From NCBI GenBank assembly GCA_963795855.1, contig CAWCIZ010000003.1, positions 512,001-576,000 of the forward strand: a stretch of DNA of 64,000 nucleotides, read 5' to 3'. The first letter of the stretch is position 1. The number at the start of each line of letters is the position of its first letter. Source of the stretch: Vulcanimicrobiota bacterium. Lineage in GTDB: Bacteria > Vulcanimicrobiota > Vulcanimicrobiia > Vulcanimicrobiales > Vulcanimicrobiaceae. Both the position numbers and the translations under genes were made by a program. The notes below the pieces were generated by a model. The model saw nothing but the letters and a program-made list of their open reading frames with translations. It had not been told where the DNA came from and searched no databases. Positions 51,704-63,596 of this stretch are shown here, in pieces.

Positions 51704-52255
51704 TTACAGCGACAAAACGGCGTCGTACGCTGACGTCACTTCGAAACAGGTGTGTGCGCGCTCGTCGAATACGTTGAATCGCTCGATCGGCCGCGCGTAA
51801 ACGTGCAGCGTGACCGTTTCGCAATCGCGAGCCAAGCACCGGTGCAGATGCACGTCGTCCTGGCGGTAATCGATTGAACCCGGCGGTAATTCCTCACGGC
51901 CTTCCAAACCGATTGCGGCGTAACCGGGCTGCAGGCCCGCGTCGGTGCGCAAGTAATTCTCGACCGCCATCGTACCGCGCGCAACGGTCAGCCAGCAGAG
52001 CGCTCCGCCATGGTCGTGAATGGCGCTGACGCAGTTCGGACGCCAGTGCAGCGCGAGAATTTCGAACAGATCGCTTTTGAACAGCAGCGTGCGCGTATAG
52101 TCGCGATCGGCATGGCGGGCTTGGGGCGCCGGAATTTCTGCGGCCGCCTCGCTTGATGCGCGCAGCCACCGAACCACTTCGCTGTTCGTGCCTTCGCCGG
52201 CTCGAACGCGCCGCAAGGATTCCGCTAAGTGAGTGATAGGCTCTCGAGCGATCAT
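51704..52255 (-). CDS. Cysteine dioxygenase family (cupin)
   Basis: YTR, HDHG, LHR, LHVY. Confidence 0.8.
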   Translation of the reverse strand: MIAREPITHLAESLRRVRAGEGTNSEVVRWLRASSEAAAEIPAPQARHADRDYTRTLLFKSDLFEILALHWRPNCVSAIHDHGGALCWLTVARGTMAVENYLRTDAGLQPGYAAIGLEGREELPPGSIDYRQDDVHLHRCLARDCETVTLHVYARPIERFNVFDERAHTCFEVTSAYDAVLSL

Positions 52256-53238
52256 TTTGTGGCTGGCTTCGCCTCCGGATAGCGTTCTCCCATCGGCGCG
52301 GGCAGTGCGTCAAGCGCAGCCAGATCGCTGCTGCTCAAACGTATGTTTGCGGCGCCGATGTTCTCGCGCAAATGCTCTACGTGGGTCGTTCCCGGAATCG
52401 GCACGACGTTCTCATGCCGTTGCAGCAGCCACGCGAGTGCGACTTGCCCCGCGGTGGCGTTCGACTGGGACGCGATGCGTTCGATTTCCGCGACGATCGC
52501 GCGGTTGTGGTCGAACGTCTCACGCTGATAGCGCGGCAGCGTCGAGCGGAAGTCTTCTTTGCCGATATTCTCGCGGCGCAGGCGTCCGGTGAGCATGCCG
52601 CGGCCGAGCGGCGAATACGCAAGCAGCGCGATACCGCGCGCCTTGCACCACGGAAGTATTGCGGCTTCGATATTGCGTTCGAAGAGCGAGTATTCCGATT
52701 GCAGCGTTGCGATCGGATGTACGCGAGTTGCGCGCTCCAGCGTCGGAACGTCGACTTCCGAAAGGCCGATGGCGCGTACTTTTCCGGCTTTCACCAGTTC
52801 CGCCATAGCGCCGACGCTCTCTTCGATCGCTACGTTCGGATCGACGCGGTGGAGTTGATACAGGTCGATGACGTCGATCCGCAGCCGTGTCAGGGATGCC
52901 TCGCAGGCGTCGCGGATGTGCTGCGGCGTGCCGTTTCGTCCAAAATTGTACTGCGCGCGATCGCCTTCGACGACAATGCCGCACTTGGTTGCGATGACGA
53001 CGCCCTCGCGGCGATCGGCCAGCGCTTTGCCGACGAGTTGCTCGTTCGTGAACGGACCGTACATGTCGGCCGTGTCGAAAAGCGTAACGCCCAGTTCCAC
53101 CGCGGCGTGAAGAACGTCGATGCCGGCTCGATCGTCGGGCTGCGACATCGCCGATCCGTATGCCCACGTCAAACCCATGCAGCCGTAACCGATTTCCGAG
53201 ACGGCGATACCGGATGATCCCAGGGCACGATCTTTCAC
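52252..53238 (-). CDS. Aldo/keto reductase
   Basis: GYGCMG, DTADMYG, IATK, LHRVD, AYSPLG, PIPG. Confidence 0.92.
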   Translation of the reverse strand: MKDRALGSSGIAVSEIGYGCMGLTWAYGSAMSQPDDRAGIDVLHAAVELGVTLFDTADMYGPFTNEQLVGKALADRREGVVIATKCGIVVEGDRAQYNFGRNGTPQHIRDACEASLTRLRIDVIDLYQLHRVDPNVAIEESVGAMAELVKAGKVRAIGLSEVDVPTLERATRVHPIATLQSEYSLFERNIEAAILPWCKARGIALLAYSPLGRGMLTGRLRRENIGKEDFRSTLPRYQRETFDHNRAIVAEIERIASQSNATAGQVALAWLLQRHENVVPIPGTTHVEHLRENIGAANIRLSSSDLAALDALPAPMGERYPEAKPATK

Positions 53239-54695
53239 TATGCCATTCCTCTATAGCGGCTTGCGAGCACGCCGAATGCGCGGATTTGTTCCCTTTCCCA
53301 CGCCGAGTCCCGTCCCAACTCCCCGGCAAGTGCTGCGGCGACTGCGGGCGCTTGGTCGCGCGCGGCTTTCGCGTCCAGAAACAACGCGCGCGTCCGTCTT
53401 GCCAGCACGTCCTCGACCGTGCGCGCCATTTCCTCGCGTGCGGCGAACGTCACGCGTTCCTGCAGCGACACGAGCAGCGGCATTTCATAACAGTGCAGCC
53501 GCAGCCGTTCCGTCGGACACGGCACCGAGGGCAAGCGAGCTTGCGCAGCCGCGCTATCGATCGCGTCCTGCGCCATCTTGCGATACGTCGTCCACTTTCC
53601 GCCCGTAACGGAAACCAGGCCGGTTGCGGAGACGACGATTGCGTGCTCGCGCGATAAGCGCGCCGTGCGCGCGCCGCTGCGTTTCACGAGCGGCCGCAAT
53701 CCCGCCCATGCGGAGAGCACGTCGCTTTCGAAAATCCGCGGACGCACGTACTTGTTGAGCGTAGCGAGGATGTACGAGACTTCCGCATCGCTTGCACGCG
53801 GTTCGATTTCGGGCGAGTCCACCGGCACTTCCGTCGTTCCAACCAGCGTACGGTCGTTCCACGGAATCGCAAAAAGCACGCGCCCGTCGCTGGTACGCGG
53901 GACGAGCAACGCGCTGCGCGCTTGCCCTAAAGCGGAAGAGGGCAGCACGACGTGCGAGCCGCGGCTGAACGTGAGCAGCGGCTGCGCCCGCGGATCGTCG
54001 ATCCGCCGTACGGCGTCGACGAAAATCCCCGTCGCATTTACGACGGAGCGGGCAGAGATCGTGAAGCGATCGCCGGTCTCCGAATCGACGGCAACTGCGC
54101 CGCACAATCGGCGGTCCTGTGCGACGAACGCGTCTGCGCGAACGTAGTTCGCGATCGCGGCGCCCAAATCGTGCGCCGTCTGCGCGAGCGCCAGCGCCAA
54201 ACGCGCGTCATCGAACTGCGCGTCGGTATACATAACCCCAGCGCGCATGCGACGCGTGTCGAGTGAAGGGATGTGTATGCTCGCCGTGCGAGGCGAGAGT
54301 ATACGGCTGCGCGTGAAGCCGTCACCGGCGGCTAACGCGTCATAGGCTTTCAAGCCGGCTGAGAAATAGGCAAGATCGAAAAACCCGAACGCCGGAACGA
54401 TGAAGGGCAACTCGTGCACCAGTTCCGGAGCGTTCGCGTGCAGACGCGCGCGTTCCAAAAGCGCCTCGCGAACCAAGCCGATGTTGCCCTGCCGAAGATA
54501 GCGCACGCCGCCGTGCACCAATTTCGTGGATCGGCTCGACGTAGCTTTCGCGAAATCGATCGCTTCCACGAGTGCGGTGCGATAGCCGCGCGCCGCCGCG
54601 TCCACCGCAGCGCCTAAACCTGTCGCTCCGCCGCCGACGATCAGCACGTCGAACTCCTCGGCGCGCAATCGTTCTATCGCGCGTTCGCGGTTCAT
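53238..54695 (-). CDS. glpD: FAD-dependent glycerol-3-phosphate dehydrogenase
   Basis: GGGATG, TSSRSTKLVHGGVRYL, GGKWTTYR. Confidence 0.93.
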   Translation of the reverse strand: MNRERAIERLRAEEFDVLIVGGGATGLGAAVDAAARGYRTALVEAIDFAKATSSRSTKLVHGGVRYLRQGNIGLVREALLERARLHANAPELVHELPFIVPAFGFFDLAYFSAGLKAYDALAAGDGFTRSRILSPRTASIHIPSLDTRRMRAGVMYTDAQFDDARLALALAQTAHDLGAAIANYVRADAFVAQDRRLCGAVAVDSETGDRFTISARSVVNATGIFVDAVRRIDDPRAQPLLTFSRGSHVVLPSSALGQARSALLVPRTSDGRVLFAIPWNDRTLVGTTEVPVDSPEIEPRASDAEVSYILATLNKYVRPRIFESDVLSAWAGLRPLVKRSGARTARLSREHAIVVSATGLVSVTGGKWTTYRKMAQDAIDSAAAQARLPSVPCPTERLRLHCYEMPLLVSLQERVTFAAREEMARTVEDVLARRTRALFLDAKAARDQAPAVAAALAGELGRDSAWEREQIRAFGVLASRYRGMA

Positions 54696-56201
54696 CCGCG
54701 AGCCCAGTCACGCGAACGCTCGACGGCGGCGTGCCACGCTCGCAGCAGGCGATCGCGCTGAGGCGCGTCCATGCGCGAAGTGAAGCGCGCGTCTTCGCGC
54801 CAGTGCTCGGCAAGGCTGTCCACACCGCTCCAAAAGCCCGTTTGAAGCCCGGCCAGATATGCAGCGCCGAGCGCCGTCGTCTCGATGACGGCAGGCCTCA
54901 CGACGGGCACGTCCAGGATATCGGCTTGAAATTGCATCGCGAGCGAGTTTGCGCGACCCGCCGCCGTCGACACGCAATTCGCGCAGAGGCACGCCCGAGT
55001 CGCGTTCCATTGCGCGGATGACGTCCGCGGATTGAAACGCCATTGCTTCAAGCGCCGCACGCGCGATATGTGCGCGCGTCGTTCCTCGCGTCATGCCGAC
55101 GAGTGTGCCGCGAGCATACGGATCCCAATACGGCGCTCCCAGCCCGGCGAACGCGGGAACGAAATAGACGCCGCCATTGTCCGGGACCTGGCGTGCGAGG
55201 GCTTCAACCTGCTCTGAACTTTCGAACAGCTGCAGGCCGTCGCGCAGCCATTGCACCGCCGCGCCGGTGACGAACACCGATCCCTCCAGCGCATACGTAA
55301 CCGCATTCGGGTCGAACATGAACGCGGGAGTCGTCAGCAACCCTTCGTGACTCGCTACCGCGCGCTTTCCGGTATTCAGCATGAGAAACGATCCGGTCCC
55401 ATACGTGTTTTTTGCAACGCCCGCGTCGAAACCGGCCTGCCCCAGAAGCGCCGCTTGCTGATCGCCCGCAACGCCCGCGATAGGAATCGACGCGCCGAAG
55501 CGGTCGGTCGTTCCGAACGCCGCGGTGCACGGCAAGACTTCCGGCAAGACTGAAGGCGGAATACGGAATGCTTCGAGCAGCTCGTCGCTCCATCGCAGGC
55601 CGTGGATGTCGAACAGCATCGTTCGAGAAGCGTTGGTTGCGTCGGTGACGTGCCGTGTTCCGTTCGTCAGTTTCCAAATCAGCCAGCTATCGACGGTTCC
55701 GAATGCGAGTTCGCCGCGCGAAGCGCGCTCACGCGCGCCGCCGACGTTGTCGAGCAGCCACGCCAATTTCGTTGCGGAGAAATACGGATCGAGAAGCAGT
55801 CCCGTGAGTTCGGTAACGCGCGAGCCGAACCCGCGTTCGCGCAGTCTTTCGCAATAGCCGGCAGTCCGGCGATCCTGCCAGACGATCGCGTTGTACAGGG
55901 GTGCGCCGGTGAGGCGATCCCACAGCAGCGTGGTCTCGCGTTGATTCGTGATGCCGAGTGCCGCAACGTCGGCTGCGCCGGCATTCGCGCGTTGCAGCGC
56001 CTCTACCGCAGTCGCATATTGCGAGGTCCAGATTTCTTCGGGATCGTGTTCGACGCGATCGGGAGCGGGGAAGTGCTGGGTAATTTCGCGTTGCGCAAAC
56101 GACAATACGTTTGCACCTGCATCAAACACTAACGCGCGCGAGCTCGTCGTTCCTTGGTCGAGCGCGAGAATGACGCGGTTAGCGGACGAAGATGCCTTCA
56201 C
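54692..56201 (-). CDS. glpK: Glycerol kinase, frameshift near 54955
   Basis: [29 protein letters not shown], then QFQAD and ETTALGAA in the next frame. Confidence 0.93.
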
Positions 56202-57216
56202 CGCTCCGTACTTCCCCGATCTCGGCGCAAAGCGCCTGAGCGCCGCGCAGTTCCGTCTGAAATGCGGCGAGGTTTTCGGGAGGTAAACTGACCAGCAGAC
56301 CGCCGGAGGTCTGAGCGTCGGATAATGCCGTTCGAAGCGCATCGGGAACCGATGCATCGAAAGACGTAAATTCGGCGTGATTGGCTATGTTGTCGCGCGT
56401 GCCGCCGGGCACGACGTCCAAATCGATGAATTCAAGCACGCGCTCGAGAAGCGGGACCGCCCGCGCGCTGATGTGCAGCGAAACTTTGGAGGCGCGCGCC
56501 ATTTCGTTTGCGTGGCCGAGCAATCCGAAGCCCGTGACGTCGGTCGCGGCATTCGACCGAGCAGCCTGCATTGCGGCGCCGGCGCGATCGTTGAGCGTAC
56601 ACATCCAGGAAATCGCGTCCTGCATATCCGCTTCGGAAAGAAGGCCGCGCTTCATCGCAGTCGAGAGAATGCCCGTCCCGATCGGCTTGGTAAGAACGAG
56701 GATGTCGCCGGGGCGGGCATTCCCGTTCGTAACGATGCGCGCCGGGTCGATGGTTCCAATGACCGCTAGACCATACTTGGGCTCGGTATCTTTTATTGTA
56801 TGCCCACCGAGAATCGCGACGCCGGCTTGCTGTGCGATAACGGCGCCGCCTTCGAGAATGCGCGCGAGAATTTCGGCGTCGAGCGTTTCGATGGGGAAGG
56901 TCGCGATGTTCAGTGCGCTGATCGGCGTGCCGCCCATGGCGTACACGTCGGACAGCGCGTTTGCCGCGGCGATGCGCCCGAAGTCATACGGATCGTCGAC
57001 GATGGGCGTGAAGAAGTCGACGGTTTGGACGATCGCCAAATCATCGCGCAGTTTGTAGACGCCCGCGTCGTCGGCGGTTCCGTACCCGACCAGAACGTTC
57101 GCGTTTGCGGTAGGCGGTATGCGGCGCAGGACCTGCGCCAGCTCGGCCGAGCCGAGTTTACTCGCTCAACCCGCGCAAGAGGAAAGTTCGGTCAGCCTGA
57201 CTTGCTTGGTCTTCAC
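56179..57216 (-). CDS. selD: Selenophosphate synthetase, selenocysteine-containing (in-frame UGA at 57168-57166); exact start uncertain
   Basis: [16 protein letters not shown] in frame with [34 protein letters not shown]. Confidence 0.92.
57123..57165 (-). promoter_or_regulatory. Putative bacterial SECIS element
   Basis: GGCGCAG-GUC-CUGCGCC hairpin with a G-first loop about 33 nt after the UGA. Confidence 0.6.
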
Positions 57217-57352
57217 CTCCGCTACGTTGCACACGCTCTTTGCGGCGCCCTCGGGGAAAGTTTGCGTTGCTAACACGGTCGAGGCGCCTTGCATTTTGGG
57301 GGCCCCGCCGAAGGCGGGGGGCGCGGAGCGTAGAGCGAAGCGCCCTTTAAAC

Positions 57353-58580
57353 ATGAAAAAGAACTTGCTGTTCATCCCCGGACCCGTCACCGTGCCGGAG
57401 CAGGTGCTTGCGGCCATGAGCAAACCGCTCATCGATCACCGCGGGCCGCAGTTCGCCGCGCTCATGAAGCGTATCGATGAGGGCCTGCAGCCGATTTTCG
57501 GAACGCGGGAGGCGGATGTGCTGCTGCTCGGCTCATCCGGCACCGGCGGCCTCGAGGCGGCGATCGCCAGCACATTCTCACCCGGAGACACCGTCTTAGC
57601 GGCGCCGGTCGGCGTGTTCGGACGCCGCCTCATCGCGATCGCCCAGACGTACGGCGTGAACGTGGACGTACTCGAGACGGATCTTGGCTATGCTCTCGAC
57701 TGCGATGCGCTCGCGGACAAACTCACAGCCGATCGGCAGCGCCGGTATAAGGGCGTTCTGCTGACGCAGAACGAGACGTCCACCGGCGTACAAAACGATA
57801 TGGCGAAAATTGCGCCGATCGTGCGCGCGCACGGCGCAATCAGCATCGTCGACTCGGTGAGTGGAATGGGCGCCACTGAGTTTTTGATGGACGAGTGGGG
57901 ATACGACGTCGTCGTGAGCGCGTCGCAAAAAGTCTTCGCGGCGCCGCCGGGAGTTGGCGATGGTAGCGGTGAGTCCGCGCGCGTGGACGACGATACAAGC
58001 CGGTAAAACGCCGCGATTCTATTTCGATCTCGTCAAAGCGCGAGAATTCGCCCGCCAGGGGCAGACGCCGTGGACGCCGCCCGTCTCGGTGCTCTTCGCG
58101 CTCGATGCAGCGCTGCAGCAATATCATGCGGAAGGCGCAGCAAACGTGTTCCATCGACACGAGATGTACGCGCAAGCAATTCGTGCCGCGTTCAATGCGT
58201 TGGGTTTGGGTGTATTTTCGCAGCCCGGCGCGCATTCGGTGACGGTCGTGGCGGGAAACGTTCCGCGCGGAGTGGACGCGGCAACGCTGCTGCGGAAGTT
58301 GCGCGAGGAGCGCGGCGTCTCGTTGTCAGGCGGCCAACTCGAACTCAAAGGAAAAATCATCCGCATGGGCACGATGGGCGACGTGTCGCAAACCGACGTG
58401 CTGGGCGCGCTCGGCGCTCTCGAAATGGCGCTGCTGGAGTACGACGTTCCGGTGCACGTCGGTGCGGGCGTTCAGGCGGCGCTGCGCGTATTTTTGGATC
58501 TGGACGGCGGCGCTAGACCCGATGGCGCGCAAACACCGGCTGCACCAGCGGACGCAGAAACGACGGCAGCGTCGCGATAA
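57353..58580 (+). CDS. Class V aminotransferase (alanine-glyoxylate/serine-pyruvate type), frameshift near 57955
   Basis: LFIPGP, HR, SSGTG, NETSTG, VDSVS, SASQK, QTPWTP, RMGTMG. Confidence 0.88.
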
Positions 58581-59050
58581 TCGCGTCGTCGACGCCTGGT
58601 CGGGTATTGTGAGCATGCGCAACGAGCGCCGAGCGATGCAGATCTGCGCGGATATCGCGTGAGAGCGGAAAGAACAACGCGATGTAGAGCAGAATCCACA
58701 CGGCCACGACGGCTTTCAGTAAACCGATCGCGCCGCCGGCCATCGCGTTGCCCAAACCGAGAACGGGCAGTTTCGCGACGACATTGAGCACGCGCGCCAG
58801 CAGCATCACGGCAGATGTACGTGATGACGCCGACGGCAAACATGCCGACGACATGCGCCGAGCCTGGCCCCAAATGGGCCCACTGCTCGCAGCGGCTCGT
58901 CAAATACGCCGCCGTAAAACCACGGCGTGATGAGCGAGAGCATCAGCGCGATCGCGCCCGAAATTTCCATCACGAAACCGCGCTTGAATCCTTTGAGCGC
59001 GCGATTAAGAGGATTGCGCCGATCAAAATATCGGGCCACGCCGGCATCAC
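58513..59050 (-). CDS. CvpA family membrane protein, several frameshifts
   Basis: WPDILI, GFKRGFVMEI, GNAMAGGAIGLLK across frames. Confidence 0.7.
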
Positions 59051-59055
59051 AAGCC

Positions 59056-61440
59056 TTACGTTCTCAGCGTCGACGCCGAGCTCGTCGCAGCGCGCTGAGC
59101 GCGCGTCGCGATTGCATGCGTCGGCCTCTTCGTCGGTGATCGTTGCGTCGCGTTTTTGCAGCGTGACGCGAACCGCCAAACTTTTCTTGTCTGATGCGAT
59201 TTGCGCGCCGCGGTATTCATCGAACGCTCGTACGCCCGTGCAAAGTGCGCCGATGCTCTTCGCGATGTGCGTCTCCACGCTGGCGGCGGGCATTTCGAGA
59301 TCGCACAGCAAGGCCAAGATCGCTGTATGTTGACGGATATTTCGACGGCGGACGGTAGAGCGGCCGGCGATACTCGGGAACGCGTTCGAGATAGATTCCG
59401 CAGCCGTACACCGGGAGACGCACGTCGAACGCCGTGGTGACGCGCGGATCGTTCGGACCCATGAACGCAATCTTCGCGCCCGTCGAGCAAAGATGGCAGC
59501 GGTTTTGCCGGGATGCAGACCGTTACGCGCGTCCGCGGTGTACTCGAAGTCTCGTCTGCCGGTGAGCGCGTGCAAGAGAGCTTCGGCGTCGCCTTTCAGC
59601 CGCAGGAAATGCGAGTCGCGCCAATCGGGTTCGTCGAGCGGCTCCGCCGCGAATCCGAACGCCGCCATCGGCAGTTCGAGCGGTTCGCCGTTTTCTTCGT
59701 AAAACACATGGCCGATTTCGAAGATGCGTGCCGGCGCGTCGAGACGTGCGAAATACTGCAGATGCGCGGGGCCGAGCGCGAAGCGCAAATAGCGCTGATC
59801 TTCGGAAAGCGGATTGAGCACTTCCACGGGTGGGAACGTCGGCGCGATCCCGGCCCGCGCGAGGCGCTCGAATACTTGCGCGCCGTGCAGCGCAGTACGT
59901 AACGATCTCGTGATAACCGAGCGCGCATCAGCGTATGAGCGATGCGCGTGCTCCAATTCGAAGTCGGTGCTGCGAATCTGATGTGCGCGGCAGCGCGGGA
60001 ATTGCGGGCTCGATACGATCGTATCCGGCCATTCGCGCGACTTCTTCGACGACGTCCGCCGCGATCGAAACGTCTCGCCGCCACGCCGGAGGCGTGACGA
60101 TCAGCGTGTGCGCATCTGTCGGTTCGATCGCAAAGCCAAGGCGATCGAGCAGTTCGCGCGATTTCTTCCGCAGGCAGATCGAAGCCCAGCAATCGTTTGA
60201 CGTCGCGAAGCGCGAAATTCGATGCGGTTCGGTTCGTCGACCGTACGCCCTCTAGATGGAGCGGCCCGGCAGCGGCGCCTTGCGCGACAAGCAGCTCCGC
60301 GGCGCGTCGTGCGCCGGCAATCGCGATCGCGGTGGCAAGCGACTTTTTCGTGGCGGCTGCTGGCCTCGGTGCGGAAGCCGTGACGGCGCGCTCATCCGGC
60401 GAACGCGCGAACCGGTGAAGATCGCCGCTTCGAGCAGAATGCTCGTCGTCGTCTCGGTGACTTCGCTCGGTGCGCCGCCCATCAAACCTGCGAAGCCTTC
60501 GGCTCCGCGTTCGCTCGCAATGACCAAATCTTTCGTCGCTGAGATCGTGCTCTGCGCCGTCGAGGGTGACGAGCTGCTCGCCCGTCGCGGCCGTCGCGCA
60601 CGATCAGATGTCTCGTTCGGAATCTTCGCGCGTCGTAAAAATGCAGCGGGCTGCCCGGTCTCGAGCATGACGTAATTCGAAATGTCGACGAAATTGTTGA
60701 TGGGGCGCTGTCCCGCAAGCGCGAGGCGAATCGCGCATCCACGCCGGCGATGCGCCGACGCGCACATCCGTGAACTCGCTGCAGTGACGAAGAGCCTGCA
60801 ATCCGGCGACTCGATCGTCACGCCGGCATCGCTCGCGTGCGTTACGGCGCACGTCGCCGCGAGCGCCGGCAGCCGCAGCGCAATGCCTTGATACGCGGCG
60901 AGTTCGCGCGCGAGGCCGACCATGCGACATGGCGTCGACGCGATTGCTGGTGACGTCGACGTCCAGAACGGCTTCGCTAAGCCGAAAATATTCGACGACG
61001 TCCGTTCCGAGCGCCACGTCGGGTTCGAGCTGCATGATCCCGTCTTCGAACCACTCCGCGGGCAGCGCCAACTCGTCCGCGGAGATCATCATGCCTTCGG
61101 ACTCGACGCCGCGCATTTTGCGCCGTTCGATCTTGCAAATGCGGCAGCTGCGCGCCGATCGTCGCGACGCGGAATCGTTTGACCGGCGCGACGTTCGTCG
61201 CCGCGGTCGCGATCGTCAGCAGCGCTCCGTTGCCGACATCGATTTTGCCGACTTGCAGGCGATCGGCGTTCGGATGTTTTTCCAGCTGCTTCGATGCGTC
61301 CGACGACGACGCCGGTGATGACGCGGCCGCTCTTCGATCGCGTCGACCGGAAAGCCGATCTGCGCGAGCATGTCCGCGACTTTGTGCGGATCGGCCGGCA
61401 GGTCGACGTAGTCGCGAAGCCAGCCTAAGGGTACGCGCAT
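59056..61440 (-). CDS. pheT: Phenylalanyl-tRNA synthetase beta subunit, many frameshifts
   Basis: MRVPLGWLRDYV, MRGVESEGM, INNFVDISNYVMLETGQP, NPLSED, FEIG, KKSLA. Confidence 0.9.
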
Positions 61441-61444
61441 ACCG

Positions 61445-62515
61445 TTACTTCAGGCTTTCATAGCGCAAGATACAAAGAAAGTCGGGATCGTTTTCGTAAA
61501 AGCGGCGGATGTCGTCGACGTCGTACCGCACGAGCGCCATGCGCTCGACGCCGAAACCGAACGCCCAGCCCGAATAACGTCCGGATCGTAATCCATCGTT
61601 GCGCAGAACGTTCGGATGCACCATGCCCGAACCGCCGAGTTCGATCCATCCCGAACCGCCGCACATGCGGCATTGCGCCTCGCATGCGCCGTCGCCGCGG
61701 CAAAGCGGACACGTGGTGTCGACTTCCGCGCTCGGTTCGGTGAACGGAAAGAACGACGGGCGGAAACGCACCTGCTGATCGTGTCCGAACAGACTCGCGG
61801 CACATGCCGGTGAGCATCCCTTTGAGATGTCCGAAGTGCACGTCCTCGTCGACGAGCAGTCCTTCGATTTGCGTGAATTGAAACAGATGGCGCGCGTCGA
61901 CGGCATCGCGGCGGTAACAGCTACCGGGGACGACGACGGCGACCGGCGGCCGGTGCTGCTGCATCGTGCGAATTTGCATGGGCGACGTGTGCGGACGCAG
62001 CAACAGCGTCCCCGTCAAGAAAGAACGAGTCGAATCCTTCGCGCGCGGGATGATCCGGCGGGATGTTGAGCGCGTCGAAGTTGTAATACTCCGGCTCGAT
62101 CTCCGGGCCGAGCACGACTGCGAAACCGTGCTGTTGAAAGTAGCGGCACGCGATCTTCGATGACGCGGCGCACCGGGTGAATCGATCCCATCGTGCGGCG
62201 CGATCGCCGGAAACGTCACGTCGATGCGCGCGGCGAGCTGCGATTCGAAAGCGCGCAGCTTCGAGCGCTTGCTGCGCGCGCGCGAGCGCGCTTTCCATCG
62301 CCTCGACTGCCTCATTGATAATTTGCCGGCGTCGGGCCGCTCGCCGGCCGGCAGTTGGCCGATTCCGCGGCGCAGAGCAGTGATTTCGCCGCTGCGCCCG
62401 AGGAACGCGACACGCACCGCTTCGAGCGTTTTTTGGTCGGTTGCGCGCGGAAAGCGCGTCGTCGAAAGCGGGCGCGCAGTTCGGCAAGTTGGTCGTAGAT
62501 GAAAAAAAGAAACAT
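61445..62515 (-). CDS. pheS: Phenylalanyl-tRNA synthetase alpha subunit, many frameshifts
   Basis: [48 protein letters not shown]. Confidence 0.9.
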
Positions 62516-62544
62516 AAAGCGCCCGGTGGTATTCCGGGCGCTTT
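62516..62544 (-). terminator. Terminator/attenuator hairpin directly before pheS
   Basis: AAAGCGCCCGG-aatacca-CCGGGCGCTTT followed by ATGTTTCTTTTTTT on the minus strand. Confidence 0.75.
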
Positions 62545-62568
62545 TCGACATTCTTCTTCGAGGCGGTG

Positions 62569-62673
62569 TCAGGTCGCTGGAGCCGATCCGGGATGCAGGT
62601 GCCGGTATATCAAATAGGCGCTGATCGATCCGGTGTCTTTGAAGAGTTTCCAGAAGAATTCGGAGGTCGCCAT
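62569..62673 (-). CDS. YqzL-like small protein (34 aa)
   Basis: MATSEFFWKLFKDTGSISAYLIYRHLHPGSAPAT; AAGGAG upstream; TGcTATACT near 62742-62734; absent from the ORF track. Confidence 0.75.
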   Translation of the reverse strand: MATSEFFWKLFKDTGSISAYLIYRHLHPGSAPAT

Positions 62674-62822
62674 TGGGTCCGCGTGTCTCCTTCTCTATGA
62701 CGTTTGGCTCCGCACGCCCGTGCGAATGGATGCAGTATAGCACGCGACTTTTCCACAGGGTAGACTTGACTTTTTCGACTCAATTCACTGCCTTGACAAT
62801 TCGATAATAAAGGGTTTTCCGC

Positions 62823-63596
62823 TCAGCAATGCGGCCGCTTGGTTGCTTCATAAAGAGCAATAGCACCGGCCGTTGCCGCGTTCAAACTCTCGGCTTGGCC
62901 GCGCATGCGAATCGATCCCAAGCGCGTGCACAGCGGCTCCCAGCGGCCCAGACCGCGGCGCTCGTTACCGACGACGACTGCGCCGGCTGGGTCCCACGGA
63001 ATGGCGTCGAGCGGCTCGCCCAACGCGCTCAACCCGGTTACTTCGCGGCCCGCGAGCAACGGCGCGATGCCGGTTGGATCGGCGACTGCGATCGGAAGTC
63101 GAAACAGTGCGCCCATCGCCGCGCGCACGACTTTGGGCAAATGCGGCTCCGCGCCCAGCGAACCTGCGATGACCCCGCACGCGCCGAAAGCTTCCGCGGT
63201 ACGCAGCAGCGCGCCGACGTTACCGGGATCGCCAATGTCGGCCAAGATCAGCGTCACGCCGCGTTGCGCCACAATGTCGCCAGCGGCGGAAAAGCGAATC
63301 GGCGCGACGGCGACGATGCCGCTTGGCGTTTCGACGTCGGATATGCGACGCATCGCGCGTTCGTCGACGATGTAAACCGGAATGCCGTCGCGCTCCAACC
63401 GCGCCGCGAGCGGCGTCGCCTCGAACGCATTTTTCACTGCATAGATCGATTCGATCTGCAAGCCCGCATCGACCGCTTCTTGCGAGAAGCGTCGCGCCCT
63501 CGAACGAAAAGCGCGCTTGCCGTTTGCGGCCTTTTTTGGTCAAAGCTCGCGCGCGGATTCGATGCGCGGATTATGCGCGCCGAGTAACGTAGGCAC
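62823..63596 (-). CDS. TrmH/SpoU family RNA methyltransferase, N-terminal frameshifts
   Basis: HNPRI, DPGNVGALLRTA, GNERRG, ESLNAA. Confidence 0.85.

Noticed and set aside
62520..62540. T-box-like GGTGGTA
   Set aside because: On the non-coding strand relative to pheS, and no stem I seen
62749..62757. DnaA-box-like TTTTCCACA
   Set aside because: Single mismatched box, no cluster; not an origin
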